Notes: generated by a model from the sequence alone, not told the origin. A stretch of 53,541 nucleotides of DNA, filler included, from Bipalium vagum (GCA_037834085.1; 3 parts of 3 records of this genome joined end to end with filler, not necessarily neighbours in it); one strand, 5' to 3'; positions 1 through 10,565 are shown, numbered from the whole stretch's first letter. Numbers and translations are program-made.

Positions 1-142
1 TTGCCCTAGACGAATTCGGGATCTTCAATAGCGCGAAATACCTTTCGCATTCTTTAATGAAATTGTCTAGGTCATCATCCGTTCTAAACTTCTCTGGCAT
101 CAGTCGGGCTGCGATAATGTCCAGGTGGTGTTGGTGCGACAT
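1..142 (-). mobile_element. 5' end of an ORF resembling an LTR-retrotransposon Gag N-terminus, running off the window
   Basis: Manual translation from ATG at 142: MSHQHHLDIIAARLMPEKFRTDDDLDNFIKECERYFALLKIPNSSRA. The PEKF..D...F...ERYF pattern is typical of gypsy Gag N-termini, and the stretch is GC-richer than its flank. Confidence 0.45.
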
Positions 143-3100
143 GTTAGTTACATTTATATCGGTTGATAAGCTATCAAGATTCATTTCGAAAATTATATTT
201 TTTAATAACAATTATTCAAAAAAATTAATTAATTATTTTAAATAATAAATATTTAAACAAATTAAAACTATTTAAAAAATTTTAATCCTCACAGTTATTA
301 TTTTGAGATAGTTCATCAAAAATATTTATTTTATTACTAATTAATTGTATTTTATTTAAATTTCATTTGATTTTTGATGAGATCAAAAAGTATCAAAGAT
401 TTTGTAAATCTAACAAACATTTGAAATATCAGAAAGAATTATTGAAAATTGTATAGGTATTCTTATGAAAAAGAACTATATAAAATTGGATAATTTTAAT
501 TTTACAAGATTTTGAGTTTTGGAAAATGCAAAATTAATAATGTAAAGATTTATATGTGATCAAATGATTCTTGAATTAAAAAACCTGAGTTTTGATGTCT
601 AGATTACAATATTCAAGAAATTAATGATTTTTTAATAAACTACAAATAATTAAAAAACATCATGGTTACAATTTAATCATAAAATATATATGAATAAAAA
701 AACTTAGCAATGAACCATTTGATGATAAAAAATAATTGAAAATAATTCAATTGTTACATGTCTACATGATCATAGAATAAAATGGGATAAATTTAATAAA
801 TCAGTTAATTAATACATTGAATACAAAGACAAACTAAATATTTGAAAAATGAAGATATAATAATTTATACCATATGAATATTAATTTTTTTTATTTAAAA
901 AATAGGAAACCTAAACTTCAATATGGATACAGAGAAAGTTATAAATAATAAGTTTACTTTTCAAATAAAAACAAAAGAATTTCATAAATGTTTTCAGATA
1001 AACCCAATTACGGATTTATCCAAAAAATAAATAATTGTAAATGTTATCACAAAGCCCATATTAAAAGTCATAGAAAATTTCTTGAATATAGAATAAAATA
1101 TAATGATTATCATAAAAATAGCAAAAATATCCAGTGTTATAATTTAAACAAAATTTATGTACTAGTTTCAATAGAACTTTAAGGGAAAAAAGAGAATTTA
1201 AACATTGAGAAAAGAATTATTTGGATGTAGTTTTGATTTTTTAATTAATTGGTTTCAATTTCAGTTTTATAATGGATTGACTTGGAAAAATCGAGGAAGG
1301 TACTGGTATATAGATCAATTTTAAAAATTAATTTACATAATAAAATGCATTTGTATTTTGTTATAATTGGAAAGAATTTTTATCAAAAAGTAATAAAGTA
1401 GATTATTGGAAATATATAATGACTGTTCTTGTTACAAGAATTTATGGAAATGAAAATAAGTGATAGAGCTTTTAATGTTCAAACAAGGAAAAAAGAGATT
1501 GAGAATAAATAAAGCAAAGAAATATAGTGAAAATGAATTATTAAAGATTATGAATTTCTTTTTCATATTTCTTAATAAAATATTTAGCTGTAATTTCTTG
1601 AAAGATATAATAAATATTTAAATTAACTTGTACTTATAATTTTTATTTTATCTTGAATAAACAAACTATTATTCTTACCATCATCAATATATGATTCTTT
1701 AAAAGCAATAAATATGTATATTGGTTTATTTGGTACATTCTATAATTATAAATTTTGTGTTTTACCTTCTGTAAGATTTCTTTCTATACATTGTCTTGAT
1801 GATGGCTTACAATATATTTTCCATTCGTTATTCTACTTTTTAAGTTTATGTCTGATTCGGAATTTAAAATTAATTCTGGAATTAATATTTTGGATTTATT
1901 ATTATTGAGGTACATCAAAAAAAACTTTTGTTTAAAATAATTATTTAATTCAATTAACTAACATTTTTAAAATTTTAAAAGTTAATTTTGAAATACATAA
2001 ATATTATGGTAATTTAGGTATTATTATATAATATAGAATATTGAAGCAAGACAATTTAGATATTTCTATCCATATATAAATAGTAAACAAATTTTTTCAT
2101 GAAAACCAGTGTATAAGTTTTTTGTTGGATCGAAATATTTAAAACAACTCTATAAAAATATGTCAATTGTGTACCAAACATTTAAAACTGAAAATGAAAA
2201 AAGGTTTGTGAAAATGCGAAATTATAAATACTACAAGACCTCTATTTTCAATGTTCACAGGACTAAGGGTTTAAAAAGGTTTATGGTTGCAAACCTTTGG
2301 TATTCAAAATCTTCTACGACGTCAATTATGGCACAAACCACTTGCAATCTAAATACATAAATCTGTTATTCAGACTATTCTGTTTGCCTTTCACTATTTT
2401 TATGTCCATATATAACTGGGGTAGTTTGAAATCGATCTCCTGAAGACTTGGATCATTCCAAACGATCACAATTTCATTTAGTATTTTTAGACTTTTCCTT
2501 AACAAGGTGTCTTTTAAATGATAGTACGACTATAGTAAACTGCTCATAGACATAGTTTCCTAAAAGGCTATGCATAAATTCACAAAAACTAAATTACACA
2601 AAAACTTGACTCAAAAATCCTCGGAGAATGGAATCAGTGATCGTTGTATTTTCACACGTTCTAATCATAAGATTGAAGCTCTATTTTAATCCTAAGCAAT
2701 CACAAGCAATTAAATAATATTATTTCTATCTTCCTTTTGGATCTCGTCTCTAATTTTCTGGAATAGTTAAGAGCAAACCGTCAAGTTTTGCAGATCAACT
2801 GAAGCGATAAAGGAAAGATAATATCTCAGTTTCAGCGGAAAATTATGAGCAATTTAAAATTTGAGATTTTGTTTTTTACTAATAAGACGAAATAACGATA
2901 TCAAAATTTTGTCGGTAATTGTTTTTGTGGAAAAAACGAGCTTGAGAGGATTGTTGTCTGTTTGATATAAGGACAATTTAAATTTTAAAATTTTTCAATG
3001 GAAAACTTTGACCTAAACGTCAAAATGACGCAATTCTTTATTGCTTCCAAGATGAAATCGTTTTTGTTTTCCTTTTGTCATTGATATATTTTTTGAAGAT

Positions 3101-3326
3101 TTTGGTTAGGATAATTTAGTTTTTATTGTCTGAAAGTTGAAATTCTTTTCAGATTAAAATGATTTTCATTTGATATGAAACAATTTAATTCGCAATTAAA
3201 TTTTAAAAACAATACGATGATTGAAATGACAATATAAAAAAGCATTTTTTATTTTGTTCTCTAAATCTAATTAAAAATTAATTTTCGTAATAATATTAAA
3301 ATTTACAAGTATTTGAAATTTGTATA

Positions 3327-3415
3327 AGTTATAGGTCTTCTTTAGTACACATTGAAAAGACGTCAGTTATAAAAAGTATTTATTCAAACAAAACATAATT
3401 ACGTAACACGTAACT
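3327..3415 (-). repeat. 3' LTR (89 bp)
   Basis: Near-identical to 4817-4905; preceded on the minus strand by a polypurine tract (tccccctttaa on +). Confidence 0.88.
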
Positions 3416-3425
3416 CCCCCTTTAA

Positions 3426-4379
3426 TTAAGACTGATGCCATTTCTTCAGCCATTCAATTCTCCTCAGTTTGATTCCTTCTGGACCTGTCAGTTCAACTTG
3501 ATGTGGGGATAGGAAGTTTGTAATCTTGTTGGAAATCATTCTTCTTTCTGTTTTGCGGTCTTTCCGTAGCAATTCTTCTTCTCCAATTGAAAACTCACGT
3601 CGACCTCTAATATCCGTTTCGAAGTTCTTCATTGTATCGGCTGCAATATCTAAGGTTCTTCGAGCTTCTCTAATGATCTCAGTATTTAAATAGGTTTGGT
3701 CACGGCTGCCAGAATGAAGATTGACTTTGTAGCTCAATACAATCTCACATGGAGAAAACTTTGTTGAGCTCTGCTGAGTAGCATTGATACTAAACTCAAT
3801 TCTTGGGAGCAATTCGTGCCAATCTTTTTCTTGACAACCGCTCTTTAGAGATGTGGTAATCATATTTGGAATCGTTCAGATTGCTCGCTCGACTAAACTG
3901 TTGGACTGGTGCTGGTAATGTGAATTGAATTCACACTCGATATTGAGGTCTCTCCATTTTTGTTGAATCCAAGAACTCTCAAAGTTCTCTATCAAAGAAC
4001 TCTTCGGCTTGCCAAATCCATAAATCCAATGGTTCATTATTGCCTTGAAGATTGATCGATCATCAAGTTTGGACATTGCGCATAGACTCACTAGTTTGCT
4101 AAAACGGTCAATAATGACAACCATGTATTTGTGGTGTGCCGCTACTTTTTCCATAAAGGCTACATCTACCACGATCTGCTCTAAGAAATGTGAGCTTCTT
4201 CTCGGGATAAGGATTTCTTTAGTGCGCGTTTGATCAATTTTTCTCTTGGCACAAACATCACAGGTTTTTAAACATCGTTTGACTGAATTCCACATCGATG
4301 GCCAATAGTAATGATCTTTCAGATAGTTGAATATTTTCTTGCTACCAAGATGACACAGGTCGGCATGAATCTCCATCAC
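3426..4379 (-). pseudogene. Gypsy integrase (HHCC zinc finger, catalytic core, C-terminus), disrupted
   Basis: ORF 3876-4379 has HADLCHLG...YYWPSM...CDVC, VDV, IDRFSK and QSNSLVER. ORF 3426-3863 has W..LLP.IEFSINAT..SST.FSP. Confidence 0.9.
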
Positions 4380-4816
4380 AAATTCATCAATATATCTTTC
4401 TGGGATAATCCAGAATTAAAGATATCATTCATTAAATTCCGAATACGGATCTCAAAAGTTGCAAATCGTTCATCCGAATTTTGTCTAACTTCTGACAATT
4501 CGCAAATTAAATCGGTTATTGGTTTCTTCTTCATAAATGTGTCAGCAAAGCACTACTTGGCTTCTTCATTTGCAGTTGCTTCTGTCTTGAAACTCTTCTA
4601 CAAGGTTGAGGCTTCGTCGGATAACAGCAAATAAAATACGCCGACAAGGCATAAGTCATTTATACTGAGCCATTCTTCAATATCTTTCAACCATCTTTCG
4701 GCTTTAGTAGAGCTTCGTTTGATTTGAAATCCCAAAATTTCCTGTGCATTTTTTGGTAATGCATCCATGACTAATTATTTTTTATGCTTTTGGTGTACAT
4801 TTTCGGTGTGATCGCC

Positions 4817-4905
4817 AGTTAGTTCTTCTTTAATACACATTGAAAAGACGTCAGAGTTATAAAAAGTATTTATTCAAACAAAACATGATTACGTAACACG
4901 TAACT
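4817..4905 (-). repeat. 5' LTR (89 bp)
   Basis: Matches 3327-3415; followed on the minus strand by a TGG-initiated PBS. Confidence 0.88.
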
Positions 4906-5158
4906 GTATAAGTCAAAAAATTGATAATTTAATATAAAAATAGTGGTGTATAAAAAATATATCATTTATATTTAATATTAATATTATTATTATTATTATT
5001 ATTTAATATTATGCCATGCTTGAGTCCGACGTGGATCAGACACAATGATTATTTTGGCCGTTCTGCATCTTTAAAGTTTCGGTTCCAAAATTGCCAGATA
5101 AAATTTTGACGCTTTATACCTAACGGAAATAGTTATTATTATTTTCTCAGTACGGAAA

Positions 5159-5318
5159 NNNNNNNNNNNNNNNNNNNNNNNNNNNNNNNNNNNNNNNNNN
5201 NNNNNNNNNNNNNNNNNNNNNNNNNNNNNNNNNNNNNNNNNNNNNNNNNNNNNNNNNNNNNNNNNNNNNNNNNNNNNNNNNNNNNNNNNNNNNNNNNNNN
5301 NNNNNNNNNNNNNNNNNN
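5159..5318. other. Assembly gap (N run)
   Basis: Run of N. Confidence 0.99.
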
Positions 5319-5488
5319 TTGTTTAAGCGTGAACACTGAGACATTTTACATTTAAGACTGTCTGATCACCGTAGTATTTGTGATAGTTGAAAAAATTCGT
5401 AGTTTTATTGATTTATTCATTTGCAAACACATATTTACAAAAATGAAGAGGTCAGTAAAGTTTACGAGCTAAGTGTTACTTGTAAAAC

Positions 5489-6193
5489 TTATTTTAAATA
5501 TTTCTTAATTTTAGACGAATTAGAAAAATGATTATGCTGGAAATGTTTGCGAATATTTCTGAAATCCAGGAGTCCGGTACTGTATGTAGAAAATCGATTT
5601 TTGAAACTTCTTTCTTTTGCTTTTGAACATTTGTTACAGATGAAATAATCATTTTTATTATCTTCAAACAATTCGAAATCAAAATCTTCATGACCTACCA
5701 ACTTTTAATTGAAATTATCAGATATGTTTTTAATAACTTCATCGTAAATTCTATTTCATAAAAATTTTCTTTTATCATGAGTTACTACTGCAATTGTATG
5801 CTTTTGGATTTTCGGTGGGAAATGTTTTTTTAGATGTTTGTATACATTTTGTAAAAATAATTTACTATTTTGTGATATTTTAAATTTTGTTCCTTGACAA
5901 TTTTTTGTAGTTTTACTACATTTGTTACAAATATAGATTCCATAAGAAAAATTACACTTTTCGGGTAACTCAATAGAAAAATTTTTATTTGCAACGAAAT
6001 CATAATTGATAAAATACTTAGGAAAGGTAACTTCGTTTTCTTTGTTTTTATCGTCTATTTTATCATTCGAACTTGAATTGTCTAATTTCTTAGGGCTTGT
6101 CTTAGCTTTATTTTCCTTTCTAATTTTACTATACACGGCATCGTCAATTTCTTCAACATTTATGTTTAAATTACTATTTATTTCTACAAACAT
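5489..6193 (-). pseudogene. Unknown ORF pair, each with a CxxC...HxxxH zinc-finger-like motif (same frame, two intervening stops)
   Basis: YICNKCSK...NVYKHLKKH in 5756-6193 and FICNKCSK...NIRKHFQHNH in 5489-5701. Confidence 0.45.
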
Positions 6194-6569
6194 ACATTCT
6201 ACTTTCTTACTTCTGTGTTTTAAAATAATTTAAAATGCTTTATTAAATGTAGTTAAAATTAGATTTTTTTATTTAAATAAAATCGTATTGGATAAAAATA
6301 AAGACTATATATCGATTGATTTTAAATAAAAATTTTATTATTTTTATTTAATTAAATCAATATTTTAGTCATTTTTATGTATTTTGTTATTTATATTTTA
6401 TTTTTCAGCACATAAAAATTACTTGAAAACCCAATTAACGAATGGTCTTAAAGTGTTGACACAAAATATACTGACAAAAAGAGCATTTAAAATCTTGAAA
6501 TGAAAAATCAATTTTATATAGACATAGATCACTTATACCTTACTTATTGGTGTAAAATAAAATGTTCCT

Positions 6570-7235
6570 TTTTAAATTGCCCATGATTCTCAGCTGAAAC
6601 AGAGATATTATCTTTCCTTTACCATTTCAGTTGATCTGCCAAACTTGCCAACAATAGATTTGTTCTTAAATATTTCCAGAACATTAGCGACGAGATCCAA
6701 AAGAAAGCTGAGAATAATACTATCTATTTCGACATGAATTGCTTAGGATTGAAATCGAGCTCCAATCTCAACGATTGGGATTTGTGAGAATATGGAAAAC
6801 CGTTTCAAACGAAGTTCTACCTGATTCTGTCTCATTGGAATTCCGATATATTCACAACAGAAAACTGTCAACGGCGAATAATTGAATGGGATCCCGTGTT
6901 GAACACTGATTCCGTTCTGTGAGGATTTTCGAGTAAAGGTTTTGTGTAATCAATCATTCGAGAAACGAAGCTGGAACGGAATTTATGCATAGCCTTGTAG
7001 GAAACCATGTCTATGAGCAGCTTACTTTGGTCATACTATCATTTAAAAGACATATCTTGTTAATAAAAAGTCCTGAAATAATAAATGGAATTCCCTATCT
7101 TCATTCAATTGTGATCGTTTGGAATGATCCAAGTCTTCCGGAGATCGATTTCAAACTACCTCAGTTACAAATGGATATAAAAATAGTGAAAGGCGATTAG
7201 AATAGTCTAATTTAAAGATTTCTGTACTTGGACTG
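6570..7235 (+). pseudogene. Exostosin-like (EXTL3-type, GT64) pseudogene fragment
   Basis: WDPVL...GF...AGTEFMHSLVGNHVYEQLTLVILSFKR...INGIPYLHSIVIVWNDPSLP...IKIVKGD*NSLI*RFL parallels EXTL3 'FDPVLP...GKEFQAALGGN..REQFTVVMLTYER...LNGLPYLNKVVVVWN...NSLNNRFL'. Multiple stops. Confidence 0.8.
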
Positions 7236-7698
7236 CAACTGGTTTGTACTGTAATTGAAGTCGTATAAATTTTTGAAAGCCAAAGGTATTCCACCATCAA
7301 CAACGATATATAACAAAAAATTATTAATTAACAATTAATTGTTATAAAAGTCAGACTAAATAAAATTTTATTTAAAAATTATAATTTCTTGTCCATCATG
7401 TTATACAATTCAGCTTTCTTTATATGAATGTGATTTTCAATTTTGCGTATCTGAACCACCAGCTTCTTTTTTTTCTATATATTCCTTAATCAATTTTTTA
7501 TTGCGATTATAATTGTTTCTTTTAAATCTTTTTAAAATTCTTAAATCTTTTAGTTCTTCCTTAATTTCTTCTCTCTTTTCTTAAAAAAATATAAAATAAA
7601 TTTATTCTTACTCTCGATTGATTGAGATTTTTCTATTTCAAAATTTCCACTCATTTAAATATTAAAACAAAGTTTTTTGCAATTCGTGAAGTTTTACT

Positions 7699-8887
7699 TC
7701 ACAGAAAGCTTCTTTGAAGCTCATTTTCATAAAATCGTCCGATTATTTATTTTCCATTTTTATCCATAATTGCATAAACAATTGGAGTTGTAAAATAAAT
7801 TTTATTTATTATAAAAATTTCATATGTCCATTTTGCTGTGTATCCCAATATGAAATTTAGGTTTAGATTTCAAAATTTCAGAAGTTGAAATGGAAACTTT
7901 GTGCACTTTTGGCGCTAGAGACGTAGACTCGTTTCCGAGAGGTTCCCGCGTATTTTTTTCTTTTTCATTATTTTTATTTTTAGCTTTACAGGGTGATTAC
8001 TCGCTTCTTGAGGAGAAATACTAATTGATGAATGAATTTTGTTGTTATAGAAATTTATTAAATTTGGTAAAAGATGTAACCATTTTCGATTTCTCTGTTC
8101 TTTTAAATCTTTCAATGACAACTGCTTTTCCCTCATTATCTGTTGAGTAAATTTCGATCTCATTATCATCATAAAAATCTCCAAATATTTTATTATAAAA
8201 TTCTGTTCCTTTATCAACCCAAAGTTTTCCTGGTATTCTATTAGAATCTTCAAATATTTTATCGAAAGCATTTGTAATTTATTTTCTTGATTTATTTTTT
8301 AAAGGAACAGCAAAAGCAAAACAAGTATATAAATCTATAACTGTTAGAATTATTTTATAATCTCTTTCCTTTGGGACAAATGTTAAATCTGCAGACCAAA
8401 TATCAGCTTTGTTATTAACTTTTACTTTTAAGAAATTTTTAGTTTTTCTAAATTCTTTATGAAGTTCATTAACTAATTGTATATTTTTTTCAGGAGGAAG
8501 AATTTTTATTTTTTCATATTGTTTTTCTTTAGCAAGAGTCTTTGAAGATCTTTCTAATCTTAATCCTAATCCTAAAGCTATCTTTCCTTTTTGAGTCGTC
8601 ATAGCCGCTCCAAGAGCAATTTTTACTCGCATAATTAATTTTATAATTGCTCTTTCAAGTTTTTCTCTTGGAGTTGGATTTTGAATATTGTTCATTTCAT
8701 GAATCATTTCAACATCTGCAACATGTCTTTCTTTTAAATCTGTTGACATATATTTTACATCGTGTTTCATTGCTGCTTGATCAACTCGATTTATTGGAAT
8801 TGGAGGGATATTTAATTCACCTGTTTCATTATAATTATTTGTTATTTCATTATAGTTTTCTAAGCGTTTGTCAACATTTGTTCCAGG
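7699..8887 (-). pseudogene. PLA2 (exon 2) fused in frame to a Polinton-type DDE integrase, with a premature stop and frameshifts
   Basis: PGTNVDKRL...PINRVDQAAMKHDVKY...RHVAD (PLA2 HDxxY), then ELHKEFR...IWSADL...ILTVIDLY..FAFAVPLKNK*ITNAF...LWVDKGTEFYNK...IYSTDNEGKAVVIERF; W..LLP.....YNNKIHSSI..SP; GYTAKWTYEIF...FYENELQ. Confidence 0.85.
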
Positions 8888-9213
8888 TAGAACATCTTAA
8901 ATATTTCTATTCAAGCTGGACTATATCTTAAGCTATCATTGAAATTGATTAGATTTCTCAAGACCACCTCCGTTTAGTCTCTAAACCTTCTCCATATTCT
9001 TATCAAAATGAACATAGGAACCTGGCTGTGGATTGTCCAATTCTTGATCGTAATTACTTTCGAGATCAATCATTACCTGAGAGCCTACAAAAGATTTCTT
9101 AATTGAAGTAGTAGAAATATTTTGTGGAGTTTCCCGCAATTTGAAGGTGTTGCATTTTTTAAGTTTAAAAAACACTAGCAGACTTCTATGAAAAGTCCAC
9201 TCGAGCTCAATTG
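8888..9213 (-). ncRNA. Group I self-splicing intron (IC1-like), 326 nt, no homing endonuclease, partly degenerate
   Basis: Minus strand: P AAATTGCGGGAAA (9142-9130); Q AATCCACAGCC (9034-9024); R GTTTAGAGACTAAA (8986-8973); S AAGATATAGTCC (8929-8918). P3 CACCTTC/GGAGGTG; P7 GAGACTA/TAGTCC; P9 CTTGAATA-GAAA-TATTTAAG. The 5' exon ends in U, with IGS GCTCG. Removal restores the reading frame HNFTG|PGTN. Confidence 0.9.
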
Positions 9214-9420
9214 ACCCGTAAAATTGTGAACTGGATTTGTTTTGTTTAAAGGATTTAAAGATTTTAAATATAATTCACATGGGTATTTTCCAGTTGTAAA
9301 TTTATTAAAAAATTTATTATTTGTAATTTGTGATTGAATATCTCATCCTGTTTTTATAAAAAAAGATGGAAATCTTTCTTGAATGTTTTGAATATTTATA
9401 TTTATATTTTTAGTCGTTGA
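9214..9420 (-). pseudogene. Exon 1 of the PLA2-integrase ORF
   Basis: Manual translation ...SFFIKTG*DIQSQITNNKFFNKFTTGKYPCELYLKSLNPLNKTNPVHNFTG, in frame with exon 2 after intron removal. In-frame TGA at 9345-9343; true start unknown. Confidence 0.7.
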
Positions 9421-9690
9421 TAAAATTTTTTCAGTCGTTGCTTTTTATTGATGTTATTATTATTTTTAGTCGTTGTTTTTATTCCTAGATATCGTTGATT
9501 TTTCGTCGTTGTTTTCCTTGACATCGTTGAATATTTTATTCATGTATTTTTGTATCTTCATGATGACTTTTATTTTTTTTATTAATAGATTTATCCCAAA
9601 TTTCAGAATACCATTTTTAGTGAATTTTTTAGTGATTTTTTTTAGTAATTTATGACTTAAAATGTATATTATATTTTTTACATTTGTATG

Positions 9691-9910
9691 ACACAAAATG
9701 TACCCTGTTTATCAACACGTTTTTTAGTGAACAAAAACAAGCCCTGAATTTTAAAAAAAATTTATTTTTTTTCTATTTTTTTTAATATTTTTTATATTTT
9801 AAGTAATTTTGTATAATTATTTTTTGTTACCAAAAGTATATTTTTAACATTTTTTAGAGCTGTTTTTGTTCATGAAAAAATGAGGGGAATAAACAGGGTA
9901 CACTTTGTGT
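9691..9910. mobile_element. MITE-like inverted-repeat element (~220 bp)
   Basis: 22-bp terminal inverted repeats ACACAAAATGTACCCTGTTTAT / ATAAACAGGGTACACTTTGTGT (1 mismatch). Internal IR gaacaaaaaca/tgtttttgttc. ATG on both flanks (possible 3-bp TSD). Confidence 0.65.
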
Positions 9911-9927
9911 ATGTGGGCTCCCTTGGA

Positions 9928-10565
9928 TGTTGGGATATTGCAAACCAGGCCCCTCTGAAAAAATTGAGTTCACAATCTCTTAACTGCGGTTGTCTGGGAG
10001 ACCTATCACATATACCTAACGCATATCACTTCTCCCCCGGAGGCGGTACTTCCCCTGCCAAGGAAAAATATTGCTTATATATATCTATTATCTTATCATT
10101 ATTATCCAATTTGTTAAAATCTTGTTATTATTATTTTCTGTATACCCCGAATCCTCAATCTTATTACAATCTCGTCTTCGTGCACAGTCCCTTTCTTAAT
10201 ATCTCCCATGATTATTGTACTCTCAACTTTCGATCGTATGTGTTTATATGTGTTCTCTGAATATATTATATCCTTTTATTGTGGTTTGAGTTTGGTGTTT
10301 TTCCTGTCCTCGATTGGCAGGTATCGACTGCAATGGGGCACTGAGATCAGTTTACTCTCGATGGTCCACAGAGTGATTTGTCCCGACCCTAACGTGCATT
10401 AAGTTTTATATTTTGAGTCGTTTGGGACTCCAGGATCTGTCACATTGCCATCACCTAGAGACTATGTGAATATGACATTTACTCATTTTACACAATTTTC
10501 TCTACTTCTGTACTTGATACAGATAGAATGTGTATATGCTAAATAAAATCTATTTAAATCCAACG
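9928..10565. repeat. Possible solo LTR
   Basis: Starts TGTTGG, ends CCAACG, AATAAA near the end, GC-richer than flanks; no TSD seen. Confidence 0.3.

Larger units (their letters stand above)
3327..4905 (-). mobile_element. Internally deleted Ty3/Gypsy LTR retrotransposon (gag 5' remnant joined to integrase) with 89-bp LTRs
   Basis: Direct repeats at 3327-3415 and 4817-4905 with AGTTA...TAACT termini. 5-bp TSD GTATA at 3322-3326 and 4906-4910. On the minus strand, PBS TGGCGATCAC overlaps the 5' LTR end and PPT AAAGGGGG abuts the 3' LTR. The internal ORFs are integrase pieces. Confidence 0.9.
7260..9460 (-). mobile_element. Decayed Polinton/Maverick (adintovirus-like) fragment
   Basis: Contains a Polinton-type integrase and a parvovirus-like PLA2 domain in one frame. 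Boundaries are approximate; no Polinton terminal repeats identified. Confidence 0.75.

Noticed and set aside
300-3300. Short ORFs and coding-looking AT-rich stretches
   Set aside because: No recognisable motifs; likely heavily decayed repeats that I cannot assign.
7860-7950. GC-richer patch with TGGCGCTAG (PBS-like) interrupting the integrase C-terminus
   Set aside because: Too short, with no accompanying LTR; can only be called an unassigned insertion or replacement.
8981-9175. 64-aa ORF inside the group I intron as a possible homing endonuclease
   Set aside because: It overlaps the ribozyme core (P through R) and has no LAGLIDADG, GIY-YIG, HNH or His-Cys motif; a chance ORF.
8888-9213. 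Insert interpreted as a spliceosomal intron or a transposon
   Set aside because: No GT/GC-AG ends at the frame-restoring boundaries, and no TIRs or TSD. The group I core motifs explain it.
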